From: Candidatus Lustribacter sp.
GTDB taxonomy: Bacteria > Vulcanimicrobiota > Vulcanimicrobiia > Vulcanimicrobiales > Vulcanimicrobiaceae
NCBI GenBank assembly: GCA_965277805.1
Contig: OZ255842.1
Location: 256,001 to 320,000 of the forward strand
Reading direction: 5' to 3'
DNA length: 64,000 nucleotides
Positions 28,306-37,550 of this stretch are shown here, in pieces; the first letter of the stretch is position 1, and each line of letters starts with the position of its first letter. Both the position numbers and the translations under genes were made by a program. A model generated the notes under the pieces. That model had not been told where the DNA came from and ran no database searches. It saw only the letters and a list, made by a program, of their open reading frames with translations.

Positions 28306-29112
28306 CTACTCGGCGCTCCAGCCGCCGTCGATCGGAATCGCGGTGCCGGTGATCGAGCGCGCGGCATCGCTGCACAGGTAGGCGCAGAGGGCGCCGACCT
28401 CGAGCGGATCGATGAACTTTCCCGTCGGCATCTTACTCAAGAACGCGCGCTTGAGCGCCTCTTCCTCGGAGATGCCGCCGCCGTACGACGTCGCCAGATC
28501 CTTGGCTTGTCCGGCGATCAGATCGGTGTAGACGGCGCCCGGACAAATCGCGTTCGCGGTCATCCCCGCTTCGGCGCCTTCGAGCGCGGTCGCTTTGGTG
28601 AACCCGACGACACCGTGCTTCGATGCGATGTAGGCGGATTTGAACGGCGAGGCGATTAGACCGTGGATGCTCGAGATGTTGACTACGCGCCCGTGCCCGC
28701 AGGCGACGAGATGCGGCCAGGCAGCCTTCGTGAGATGAAAGACCGAGTCGAGATCGACCGAACGCACGCGTTCCCAATCGGCATCGCCGAACTCGGCGAT
28801 CGGTGCGACGTACTGCACGCCCGCGTTGTTGACCACGTGATCGATCGCGCCGAAGTCGGCCGCGATGCGCGCAACGCCGGCGCGCACGTCATCCGGCTTC
28901 GTCACGTTGATCGCGTACCCGCGTGCGCGAACACCATACTCGGCAGCAAGTTTCGCGGCCGAGGCGGACGCCGTCGCTTCATCGAGATCGCAGATCGCGA
29001 CGTCGGATCCGGCGGCCGCGAGCGCCGTCGCGCAGGCGAAGCCGATGCCGCGCGCGGCGCCGGTAACGACGCTCACGCGACCGGCAAGGCTCAGGCTGGG
29101 AAGCGCGTTCAT
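28306..29112 (-). CDS. SDR, 3-hydroxybutyrate dehydrogenase-like
   Basis: TGAARGIG, NNAGVQYVAPIAEF and HGLIASPFKSAYIASKHG motifs; start ATG 29112. Confidence 0.88.
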   Translation of the reverse strand: MNALPSLSLAGRVSVVTGAARGIGFACATALAAAGSDVAICDLDEATASASAAKLAAEYGVRARGYAINVTKPDDVRAGVARIAADFGAIDHVVNNAGVQYVAPIAEFGDADWERVRSVDLDSVFHLTKAAWPHLVACGHGRVVNISSIHGLIASPFKSAYIASKHGVVGFTKATALEGAEAGMTANAICPGAVYTDLIAGQAKDLATSYGGGISEEEALKRAFLSKMPTGKFIDPLEVGALCAYLCSDAARSITGTAIPIDGGWSAE

Positions 29113-29459
29113 TTCTTGCTGTAGTAGCGCACTTCGAACGTAACGCAGCCTTCCGGGCTGCGCCAGGGTCCGTGACGCATGCCCGGCGGGCGGCACGCAT
29201 ATTCGCCCGCGCGGAACGTCTGCTTCAGCTCGAGATCTTCGAACGCGCCTTCGAGGATGTAGACCTCTTCCCAGAAGTCGTGCACTTGCACGCCGTTCGG
29301 CGTCGTGTCGCAGCCGGGCGGAAACGTGAGGATGCGGGTGGCGACGTTGGCGTCGGGGTCCTTTGCGAGGATGCGCTCCGTCATGCCGACGTCGGCGCCC
29401 GCGACCTTCGTCCACGGGATCGTCGTCACGGGGAAAAATTCGTGTTCGGGTTTGGCCAT
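29109..29459 (-). CDS. Small cupin (ChrR-like / cupin_7)
   Basis: MAKPEHEF, VHDFWEEVYILEG and YACRPPGMRHGPW motifs. Confidence 0.85.
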   Translation of the reverse strand: MAKPEHEFFPVTTIPWTKVAGADVGMTERILAKDPDANVATRILTFPPGCDTTPNGVQVHDFWEEVYILEGAFEDLELKQTFRAGEYACRPPGMRHGPWRSPEGCVTFEVRYYSKK

Positions 29460-29460
29460 G

Positions 29461-30102
29461 TCACTCCACTGAGTATTCGAACGTAAGGGGATGGGCGAGC
29501 GGACCGCCGCTGATGCGGGCCGCGAAGGTCTTGCCGAAGCGAAAGCCGTGCGTGAGCAGCGGCACGGTGCCGCAGAACAGCACGAAGTTTGCGTTGCCCT
29601 TGCGCTCGCGCAAACCGGCCAGCAGCGTCGCGAGCGGCACGATCTGCGCGAACGTGCCGCGCTGATAGGGTTCGCCGTCGATCGTGCTCTCGAGCGCGAT
29701 CGCATCGAGCGCGGCATCGGGCGCGCCGATGCGGACGACGTTCTTGCCGACGGGCTTGGGGCAAATGCTCTTGCTCTTCGAGATGCTCTCGCGTTCGACG
29801 TCGCGCGCGGTGTGATCGCTGCCGAGGCCGAGATAGAGATCGTTGCCGATGCCGATCAAGATCGGCTCGACTTCGCCGCACGTCTCTTTGGTCGGCACGC
29901 TGATGCTCGACGCTTGGGTGAGAATGCCCACCGGCATCTCGTACCACATCGGCACCTCGGGCGGGGCCGGAATGCCCTCGTGCGCGAGCTCGTCGATGTG
30001 TTTCTGCACCATAGCGCGATCGCGGCCGGTGTACCCCGCGATGATGAAAACCTCGGGCTCGCATCGAATCTGTCGCTGTTGTTCGTCGGTGAAAGTCAGC
30101 AC
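29461..30102 (-). CDS. DUF2848 family protein (FAH-like fold)
   Basis: IAGYTGRD...HIDELAHEGIPAP, TCGEVE, GSDHTAR..E and SK..CPKP motifs. Confidence 0.85.
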   Translation of the reverse strand: MLTFTDEQQRQIRCEPEVFIIAGYTGRDRAMVQKHIDELAHEGIPAPPEVPMWYEMPVGILTQASSISVPTKETCGEVEPILIGIGNDLYLGLGSDHTARDVERESISKSKSICPKPVGKNVVRIGAPDAALDAIALESTIDGEPYQRGTFAQIVPLATLLAGLRERKGNANFVLFCGTVPLLTHGFRFGKTFAARISGGPLAHPLTFEYSVE

Positions 30103-30131
30103 GCGGTCTCCGGCTTGCGCATCATCCTCTG

Positions 30132-30161
30132 TTGACGGGACCGATGCATAGTGTATACACT
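30132..30161. promoter_or_regulatory. Divergent promoter with palindromic GntR-type operator
   Basis: TTGACG at 30132-30137; perfect palindrome AGTGTATACACT at 30150-30161 covers the candidate -10. Confidence 0.6.
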
Positions 30162-30235
30162 TACCGTATCGCTATTTGCACCCCTCCCCAACAGCGTACG
30201 AGTCGCCACCGGCCACCGGCCGGCCTCTTTTAGGT

Positions 30236-30922
30236 ATGGGGGCGGTGATTGTAACGGGCGGAGCAGGCGGACTCGGAACGGCGATCGTCGCCGACCTGCG
30301 GGCGAACGGCCGCACGGTGGTCTCCTTCGACCGCCAGGCTGCATCAAGTGCTTCCGCGTCGTTTCAACTCGACGTGGCCGATGAAGCCGCGGTCGGCGCG
30401 CGCGCAAACGAAGTTGCCGAACGCTACGGCGGCATCGACGGTCTCGTGTGCGCGGCCGGCACGGTGGCGGAACATCCGGTTGCCGAGATGCCGCTCGCGG
30501 CGTGGCGCAGCGTGATCGATGCATCGCTGACCGGCACCTTCGTCGCCACGCGCGCGGTACTGCCGGCGATGATCGCTGCCGCCCGCGGCAGCATCGTCGC
30601 CTTTTCTTCGGGCTACGCAACGACCGGTTACCGCAACGGCGCGAACTATGCCGCAGCCAAAGCGGGCGTCGAGGCGCTGATCAAATCCGTCGCGCTCGAA
30701 AACGCGCAGTACGGCATCCGCGCGAACAGCGTCGCGCCCGGCCCGATCGACACGCCGATGCTCACGCCCGAACGCGCGGCGTTCATCGGCCCGCGCATTC
30801 CGCTCGGCCGCGTGGGCACGCCGGCCGACGTCGTCGGGATCGTCCGGTTCCTAATCGGCGATGAGGGCGCGTACATTACGGGACAAACCATCGGGGTCAA
30901 CGGGGGCTTGATCATGCAATGA
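30236..30922 (+). CDS. Short-chain dehydrogenase/reductase (FabG-like)
   Basis: TGGAGGLG, YAAAK, NSVAPGPIDT and YITGQ motifs. Confidence 0.9.
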   Translation: MGAVIVTGGAGGLGTAIVADLRANGRTVVSFDRQAASSASASFQLDVADEAAVGARANEVAERYGGIDGLVCAAGTVAEHPVAEMPLAAWRSVIDASLTGTFVATRAVLPAMIAAARGSIVAFSSGYATTGYRNGANYAAAKAGVEALIKSVALENAQYGIRANSVAPGPIDTPMLTPERAAFIGPRIPLGRVGTPADVVGIVRFLIGDEGAYITGQTIGVNGGLIMQ

Positions 30923-32103
30923 GTACTCGCGCAACGCAGGTGCCGGCTTGGGCACCGAAGATCGATCCGTCACGCTGGGTCGACAACCGTGTCTACACCG
31001 ATCCGCACGTCTACGAGCGCGAGACCGAGCGCATCTTCATGCAAACGTGGCTGTTTGCGGGCCACGAAAGCGAAGTGCGCAACGCCGGCGACTACGTGAC
31101 GCTGAGCTTGCTCGAGCAGCCGTTGATCCTCGTGCGCGGCAGCGACAACGTGGTGCGCGCGTTCTACAATACGTGCCGCCATCGCGGTTCGCGCGTGCTG
31201 CTCGATGATTGCGGTCATGCCGCTGCCTTCCGGTGTCCCTATCACTTCTGGTCCTACGACCTCAGCGGCAACCTCATCGGCGTGCCCGGTGAAGAAGCGT
31301 ACGACGGCAGCGGCTTCGTCAAAGAAGAGAACCCGCTCGTCGGCGTGCGCTGCGAAGTGGCGCTCGGCCTCGTGTTCGTGTGCTTCAACCAGCAGGCGCC
31401 GCCGTTGCGCGACTATCTCGGACCGAAGGTGATCGAGACGCTCTCGACGCCGCTCGCCAACGCGGATTTCGAAGTCGTGAAGTACTACGGCTACGAGATG
31501 CCGATCAACTGGAAAGTGTTTGCCGAGAATGCGCGCGACGGTTATCACGTGCCGTTCGTGCACCCGTTCTTCCGCAAAGCGAGCCCGCCCGGGCCGTATT
31601 ATCTCTTCGAGGGCGGCCACGCCGTGCAAACGCTCGGCATGGACCCCACCGGCATCGAACCCGAGCTGTGGGTGCGTTTGCAAGAGCACACGTTGCCCGG
31701 CGTCGAGACTGGCGACGGCTACATCGTCACGCTGTTTCCCGATGCGACGATCACACTGCGTTCGAACGTGATCTCGATCGATTCGCAGCGTGCGCTTGGG
31801 CCGAAAAAGGTGCGCATGGAGAGCCGCGTGCTCGGTCTGCGCGGCGATTCCGAGGCGGTTCGCGAAGTGCGCGCGCTCGGTCACGCAACGTGGTTCCTCA
31901 ACCCGGTCGAACTCGAGGACGGGCCGATCTTCGTCGGTCAGCAAGAAGGCGTGGCTGCGCAAGGCGTTCGCTACAGCGTGATCGCGCGCGGCGCCGACGC
32001 CACGACCGGCACGCGCGGCGACGACAACCGCTTGCGCCAGTGGTGGACGGCCTGGCGGCGGTTCATGGGCGTCGAGCTGAACTCGCTGGAAGGCGAATTG
32101 TGA
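30919..32103 (+). CDS. Aromatic ring-hydroxylating Rieske oxygenase alpha subunit
   Basis: YTDP..YERE...IF, CRHRG...CPYH Rieske motif, NWKVFAENARDGYHVPFVH and ED..IF..QQ.G motifs. Confidence 0.92.
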   Translation: MSTRATQVPAWAPKIDPSRWVDNRVYTDPHVYERETERIFMQTWLFAGHESEVRNAGDYVTLSLLEQPLILVRGSDNVVRAFYNTCRHRGSRVLLDDCGHAAAFRCPYHFWSYDLSGNLIGVPGEEAYDGSGFVKEENPLVGVRCEVALGLVFVCFNQQAPPLRDYLGPKVIETLSTPLANADFEVVKYYGYEMPINWKVFAENARDGYHVPFVHPFFRKASPPGPYYLFEGGHAVQTLGMDPTGIEPELWVRLQEHTLPGVETGDGYIVTLFPDATITLRSNVISIDSQRALGPKKVRMESRVLGLRGDSEAVREVRALGHATWFLNPVELEDGPIFVGQQEGVAAQGVRYSVIARGADATTGTRGDDNRLRQWWTAWRRFMGVELNSLEGEL

Positions 32104-32609
32104 CGAAAACGCTCGCGCGCGCCGAGCTGCTAGCCGGTCAGCAATTTGCGTGGTCCGAGCGCACGCCTTTGCAGCGCGCGATGATCGATCGTGCCGCGTC
32201 GGCGCTCGCGGGCGCCTTGCACGCCGCCGATCCGGACGCTCGTGTCATGCGTGAGCCCGACCTGCTGCTCACCGCGCAGGCCGTCGTCATTCCGGATCTG
32301 GCCGTCTTTCGCGGCGCGACGTGGTCGGGTCCCGATCTCGTCATCGAGTATCGCGCCGAATCCACCGACCGGCTGTTTTACGGCCCGAAACGCCTGGCGT
32401 ATGCGCGCGCCCGCGTTGCAGAAGTGTGGTTCGTCGATGCGACGAAGGAAACGCTGACCGCATTGCGCCTGACGGACGCGCTGGACTATCCTTGGCCGGC
32501 AGCGTCGTTCGGCCGCGACGATCTCGTCCGTTCGACCGCGATTCCGGGCCTGGCCCTTGCGGTCGGGGACTTCTTGCAGAGGGGAAACGACTTGCATGCA
32601 GACCGCTAA
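32100..32609 (+). CDS. Uma2 (DUF820) family restriction-endonuclease-fold protein
   Basis: GTGA overlap; IPDLAV...PDLVIEY..EST...KRLAYARARVAEVWFVD pattern; the real gene is the 3' part of ORF 31380-32609. Confidence 0.75.
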   Translation: MTKTLARAELLAGQQFAWSERTPLQRAMIDRAASALAGALHAADPDARVMREPDLLLTAQAVVIPDLAVFRGATWSGPDLVIEYRAESTDRLFYGPKRLAYARARVAEVWFVDATKETLTALRLTDALDYPWPAASFGRDDLVRSTAIPGLALAVGDFLQRGNDLHADR

Positions 32610-33288
32610 TCCGCTCGACGCGCTCAAGATCGAGCGCGGCTTGCTCGAGCGTCAAACGGCGGCCGGGTATGTTGCCGACTCGCTGCGCGCGGCGATTCAA
32701 ACCGGCGCGCTGAGCGACGGCATGGAACTCAATCAAGTGGCCCTGGCCGAACACTTCGGGATCTCGCGGGTGCCGGTTCGTGAAGCGCTGCGCGCGCTCG
32801 AAGGCGAGGGCTGGATCACCGCGACGCCGCACCGGCGGGCCGTCGTGCAGGCCGTCAGCCCCGAGCGGATCCAGGAGACGTTCGAGATTCGCGCGCTGCT
32901 CGAGACGCATCTGATCGAGCGCGTCGTCGCGCGCATCAGCGACGAGCAGATCGCGAAGCTGAAGCAGGCCTGCGACCGAATGGATCAGATTGCGGACCAC
33001 CAGAAGTGGGTTGTTGCGAACGCCGAGTTTCACCACGAACTGCTCGAATCGGCCGGCTCGCCGATGGCGCTCGAACTCGTCAACCAGTTGAGTTCGCAAG
33101 TCGAACGCTACCTGCGCCTCTCGGGCGAAACCGTGATTCGCGAGAACGAAGCCGGACGCGAACATCGCGACATCGTCGACGCCGTCGCCGCGCGCGACGT
33201 CGACGCTGCCCGGCAGCTCATCTGCACGCACATCGAACATACCCGGGGACGCGTCGTCGACGCAATCAGCGAAGAGGAGAAACCCTAA
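32596..33288 (+). CDS. GntR family (FCD) transcriptional regulator
   Basis: LAEHFGISRVPVREALRALEGEG HTH; NAEFH...EHRDIVDA FCD domain. Confidence 0.93.
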   Translation: MQTANPLDALKIERGLLERQTAAGYVADSLRAAIQTGALSDGMELNQVALAEHFGISRVPVREALRALEGEGWITATPHRRAVVQAVSPERIQETFEIRALLETHLIERVVARISDEQIAKLKQACDRMDQIADHQKWVVANAEFHHELLESAGSPMALELVNQLSSQVERYLRLSGETVIRENEAGREHRDIVDAVAARDVDAARQLICTHIEHTRGRVVDAISEEEKP

Positions 33289-34340
33289 TGCCCCTACCCT
33301 ACAAACGCCACGAAGTCAAAGAACGCTCGCGCGCGCACTGGCACGGCGCGTGCAACGTCACGCTGCCGTCGTTCACGTCGACGTTCGATGGTCTCAACCC
33401 GCGCGCGATCGAGCACGACATCAAGCACGGCGCGGCAAACGGGTTCTGGGGCACGCTGGTTGCGGCCGAGTGCGGGACGACGTTCGATGAGTACGTGAAC
33501 TTCATGGAGCTCTCGGCCGCCGCGGCGCCCAAGGGCTTCAACCTCGTCACGCATCTCAGCAACGATACGGTCGAGCAGATGATCGCGACGGCCAAAGCGG
33601 CCGAAGCCCTGGGCTTCGAAGCGGCGCTCGTTTCGTATCCGACGTCGTTCCGGCCGAAAACGGCGGCCGACATCGTCGAGTTCACGAAACATATTTCGGA
33701 TAACACCGATCTGGCGCTGATCCTCTTCGCCGTGCCGACGTGGGGCTTCGGGCCGCTGCATCCGAGCAAGTTCCCGCCCGAGGCGATCGCGGCGATGGCG
33801 AAGTTCGAAACGGCCGCTGCGGTCAAGTACGAAGCGAACGCGCCCGCGACGACGACCGGCATCGCCGATCTGTTGCGCCGCTGCAAGAACGACGTGATCG
33901 TCGAGGTGCCGCTCGAGCAGTACGCGCCGGGCCTCATCGATTGGTACGGCATGCAGTGGATGGGCACGAGCGCCTACGACTCGTTCGGCGATCGCGTGCC
34001 GCGCTGGTTCAAACTGCTGACCGACGGCAAGTGGGATGAAGGCATGGAGCTGTACTGGAGCTATCAGCCGGCGCGCGAAGCGAAGGGCGCCTTCCACGCC
34101 ACATTCGGCGGTGCGAACTTGATCCACCGCGTCGGCTGGAAGTACTTGAGCTGGCTGCACGGCTACAGCGGCGGTTTGCTGCGGATGCCGCAGATGCGTT
34201 TGCTGCCCAACCAGATGGGGGCGCTGCGCACCGGTCTGCAGCGCTCGGGATTCAAGCTGCCCGAAACGGATGACGCGTTTTTCGCAGGCCGCTTCCCGCT
34301 CGAAACGGCCGAACTCGTCACCGCCGGACGTTCTGCGTGA
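33288..34340 (+). CDS. DapA/NanA-family class I aldolase (hydratase-aldolase-like)
   Basis: TIM-barrel DapA pattern (PSFT...LN..AIEHDI, ECGTT, AAVKYE Schiff-base Lys); TAATG coupling. Confidence 0.8.
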   Translation: MPLPYKRHEVKERSRAHWHGACNVTLPSFTSTFDGLNPRAIEHDIKHGAANGFWGTLVAAECGTTFDEYVNFMELSAAAAPKGFNLVTHLSNDTVEQMIATAKAAEALGFEAALVSYPTSFRPKTAADIVEFTKHISDNTDLALILFAVPTWGFGPLHPSKFPPEAIAAMAKFETAAAVKYEANAPATTTGIADLLRRCKNDVIVEVPLEQYAPGLIDWYGMQWMGTSAYDSFGDRVPRWFKLLTDGKWDEGMELYWSYQPAREAKGAFHATFGGANLIHRVGWKYLSWLHGYSGGLLRMPQMRLLPNQMGALRTGLQRSGFKLPETDDAFFAGRFPLETAELVTAGRSA

Positions 34341-35344
34341 CGCTGTTCTACGACGGGGCGTTCTTCGAGAAGAGCATTTCGCCGGAGATCGCGATTCGCG
34401 CGGTAGCGGCCGGATTTGATGCCGAGGCCGACGGCAAAACGCAATTGCCGCCGCGCATCGACACCCCGACCGGCAGCGGTTTCATCCGCGTGATGCCCGC
34501 CGTGCTCGATGACGTGATGGGGCTGAAGGTCATGACGCTGGTCGAAGGCCTCGGCAATCGTTACTTGGTGCTGCTCTACGATGTGAAGACGAGCGAGCTG
34601 CTCGCGCTCTTCGATGCAGACGAACTCACCCGCGTGCGCACGGCCGCGGTCACCGCGCTCGCCGGTACCGTCATGGTGAAGACGCCGCCGTCGTCCCTCG
34701 GGCTCATCGGTACCGGCTTCGAGGCGGTCGGGCATCTGCGCATGCTCGCCGGCCTCTGGCCGTTGAAGGACGTCACGGTTTTCAGCCCGCATCCCGAGCG
34801 CCGCGCGCGGTTTGCCGATGCGATGTCGCGCGAACTCGGCATCACGGTCACCGCCGCCGCGAGTTCGGGCGAAGCGTTGCGCGATCGGCCCGTCGTCGTT
34901 CTGGCAACCAAAGCGAAAACGCCCGTCATCGACGGCAAGGATCTTGCGCCGGGCTGCGTCGTGCTCTCGATCGGATCGACGCGGCTCGATTTACGCGAAC
35001 TCGATCACGCCTCGGTCGGGCGCGCGACGATCGTCGTGGCCGACGATCCGCAGATGGTGAAGCTCGAGTCGGCCGATATCGCCGAAACGATCGCGGCCGG
35101 GGTGCTCGATCCGGCGCGGATCGTCGCCCTGGCGCACGCCCGCCGCAACGGAATCCCCGTCCACGCCGGCGGCGACGTTGCGATTTTCAAATCGGTCGGC
35201 ACCGCGCTGCAAGATCTCGCGCTCGCGCGCATGATCTATCGCGACGACGGCCTGCGCGCCTCGGCGGAGCGTTTGCCGGAGCTCACGCGCCTCAAACCGT
35301 TCTCCGCCAAGGCCTTCGATCTAGCCGCGTCTATGCGCGCGTAG
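34337..35344 (+). CDS. Ornithine cyclodeaminase / mu-crystallin family imine reductase
   Basis: LTRVRTAAVTAL, IGTGFEAVGH, IGS..LDLRELD and FKSVGTALQDL motifs. Confidence 0.92.
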   Translation: MTLFYDGAFFEKSISPEIAIRAVAAGFDAEADGKTQLPPRIDTPTGSGFIRVMPAVLDDVMGLKVMTLVEGLGNRYLVLLYDVKTSELLALFDADELTRVRTAAVTALAGTVMVKTPPSSLGLIGTGFEAVGHLRMLAGLWPLKDVTVFSPHPERRARFADAMSRELGITVTAAASSGEALRDRPVVVLATKAKTPVIDGKDLAPGCVVLSIGSTRLDLRELDHASVGRATIVVADDPQMVKLESADIAETIAAGVLDPARIVALAHARRNGIPVHAGGDVAIFKSVGTALQDLALARMIYRDDGLRASAERLPELTRLKPFSAKAFDLAASMRA

Positions 35345-36239
35345 ACCGCGCCGCGACCACGTGGTCGTGCATGTGTTTCCAGTCGACCAAGTCGTTGAGC
35401 AAGATCGTTCCGCGCAACGTCGGATCGGTGGCGCCGCTTTCGATGACTTCCGCGGCGGCTTGCTCTTCGGCTTTTTTCATCGCGTTGAACTGCGCAACCC
35501 ACTCGGCTTTTTGTTCGGCGCTGGGCGCGGCGATGTGGTCGAGCACCCAGGCTTCGAACTGCAGGTAGGTCGGCTTTTCGTTGTTGATGTACGCGCTCGT
35601 CGCGACGAGATCGAGACCGATCGTGTCGGCACAGCGTTTGTCGAAGCCGCAGACGACGCCGGTTTTCCACTCGGCCGGCAGTGCGTGCACGGATGCGAGC
35701 AACGCCTTCATCCACATGCGCGGCAGATGGGGAATGCCGGCGAGACCGACTTGCGCTGAACTGACCATCGGCACGAGCGGTTCGATACCGTCGGCTTCGT
35801 GCGCGAGCAGTTCTTCGTGCGCCGTCAGCCAGTCGTCGTAGCTGAGCAGCAAGGCGCTATTGGTGACGTTCGCATCGGTGATACCGGTGCGGGCGCGCGT
35901 CGCGGCCGCGCCTTCCGGCGCCCGATCGAAAGATGAGACCTTGGCGTTCAGGGCGGCGATCGAGGCAGCGTCGAGTTTGGTCGCGTGTGCGCGGACGTAG
36001 TCTTCCGCTTGCGGATACGTCGGCATCGTGGCGAGAAACGCAAACCACGCTTCGGGCTCGAGTCCGAGGCCGTCGCAGACTTGCTTATTGAACCCAAAAT
36101 AGTTGTCGAAGTAGCCCTCCCACAGCATCCCGGCTGCAGAATAGACGCCTTTCAGCCACATCCGCGGCAAGTGCATGACGCCCAGGGGACCGGTCACCGT
36201 CGCCCCGATCAAGGGCATGATCCGTTGCATCCGATACAT
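35331..36239 (-). CDS. Hypothetical protein with two tandem homologous domains (DUF5069-like)
   Basis: GGAGGAG SD; HLPRMWxK...PTYxQxE...DW...H unit occurs twice. Confidence 0.75.
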   Translation of the reverse strand: MYRMQRIMPLIGATVTGPLGVMHLPRMWLKGVYSAAGMLWEGYFDNYFGFNKQVCDGLGLEPEAWFAFLATMPTYPQAEDYVRAHATKLDAASIAALNAKVSSFDRAPEGAAATRARTGITDANVTNSALLLSYDDWLTAHEELLAHEADGIEPLVPMVSSAQVGLAGIPHLPRMWMKALLASVHALPAEWKTGVVCGFDKRCADTIGLDLVATSAYINNEKPTYLQFEAWVLDHIAAPSAEQKAEWVAQFNAMKKAEEQAAAEVIESGATDPTLRGTILLNDLVDWKHMHDHVVAARSTRA

Positions 36240-36340
36240 CGTTGTTCTCCTCCGGCGGCTTGCTTCGCCTCAGGTGGTGAAGCCCCCGCGGGGCGGATGC
36301 GCTCGGCGAGCGAAGCGGTCCGTTGAGGTAAGCGACAAGG

Positions 36341-36892
36341 ATGGAGCAAGACTCGAGCGCCGCGGCTGCAAAAGCGGTCGCGTTCGCGAACGGCCTGCGG
36401 AAAAGTATCAGCGCTTCGGGCCGGCGCTGGGCACAGTGGCCGGGCGGGGCGAACGATCTCGCCGCCGTCCTCGGCTGCATCGATGCCGTCGCACAGCGTC
36501 TGCAATCCGTAGCGCCGCAAGACGGCGATAACGGCGTCGCTGCGTGCATCGCCGATCTGCGCGCGATACTCGAATGGTCGACCTATCAGTCCGCGAGCAT
36601 CCAAACGGCGCAAGCGCTGCGCGTCGCGCGCAAGACCCGCACGTTCGCCGAACGGCTCGGCGTGCTCGACAATCCCGCGGCGCGGCTATCGATCCTGGTC
36701 GATTCGGAAGAATCGCTGATTGAGAACGTCCAGACGAAGAACGCCTACATGCTGACGATCGCGGAAAAGCACCCGCAACTTGGACTCCCGCCGCCGCTCG
36801 TACGCAGCGAGAGCCTCGTCCCAAAAGCCGAGAAGAAACCGAGCACCCTCGACTTCATTCAGCAGCTCCGGAGAAACGCCAAGAAAACGTAG
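36341..36892 (+). CDS. Hypothetical protein
   Basis: 183-aa ORF with natural composition filling the gap between two genes; no recognisable motif. Confidence 0.6.
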   Translation: MEQDSSAAAAKAVAFANGLRKSISASGRRWAQWPGGANDLAAVLGCIDAVAQRLQSVAPQDGDNGVAACIADLRAILEWSTYQSASIQTAQALRVARKTRTFAERLGVLDNPAARLSILVDSEESLIENVQTKNAYMLTIAEKHPQLGLPPPLVRSESLVPKAEKKPSTLDFIQQLRRNAKKT

Positions 36893-36895
36893 CCC

Positions 36896-36924
36896 TTGAC
36901 ACCATACCAACTAGTTGGTATGGT
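36896..36924 (+). promoter_or_regulatory. Sigma70-type promoter overlapped by a perfect 24-bp TetR-type operator
   Basis: TTGACA-17 nt-TATGGT; palindrome ACCATACCAACTAGTTGGTATGGT at 36901-36924; GTG start at 36931. Confidence 0.85.
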
Positions 36925-36930
36925 CAGCGC

Positions 36931-37539
36931 GTGGCAACCGATTCGAAGACCAAGCTGCTGAATGCCGCTTTGCGGGTGATACGCACCAAGGGCTACGCCG
37001 CCGCGACCGTCGATGACATCTGCCTGGCGGCCGGGGTGACGAAGGGCAGCTTCTTCCACCACTTCAGCAGTAAGGAAGACCTCGCGCTCGCCGCCGCCGC
37101 GTATTTTTCCGCCACGACCGACGCGGCGTTCGCCGCCGCACCCTATCATCGCCTGAGCGATCCGCGCGAGCGGCTCCTCGGCTACATCGACTTTCGCTCG
37201 GCACTGCTGCGCGGTGAGCTGCCGGATTTCACGTGTCTGCTGGGCACGATGGTGCAAGATACATATACGACGCACCCGGCGATTCGCGACGCGTGCAATA
37301 CCTACATCAGCAGCCACGCTTCAACCGTCGCTGGCGACATCGTGCTGGCCAAGCAGCAGTACGCGCCGGACGCCGCGTGGACGGCCGAGAGCCTCGCGTT
37401 GTTCACGCAAACCGTGTTGCAGGGCGCGTTCGTTCTCGCCAAAGCGCAGAACGGGCCGAAGATCGCGGCCGAGAGCCTTACGCACCTGCGCCGCTACATC
37501 GAAGATCAACTTCCCCTCCCGCGCCCCACGGCGCGCTGA
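36931..37539 (+). CDS. TetR family regulator (NemR/LmrA-like)
   Basis: GYAAATVDDICLAAGVTKGSFFHHFSSKEDL HTH; CLLGT and QGAFVLAK motifs. Confidence 0.93.
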   Translation: MATDSKTKLLNAALRVIRTKGYAAATVDDICLAAGVTKGSFFHHFSSKEDLALAAAAYFSATTDAAFAAAPYHRLSDPRERLLGYIDFRSALLRGELPDFTCLLGTMVQDTYTTHPAIRDACNTYISSHASTVAGDIVLAKQQYAPDAAWTAESLALFTQTVLQGAFVLAKAQNGPKIAAESLTHLRRYIEDQLPLPRPTAR

Positions 37540-37550
37540 AAGGTAAACAC

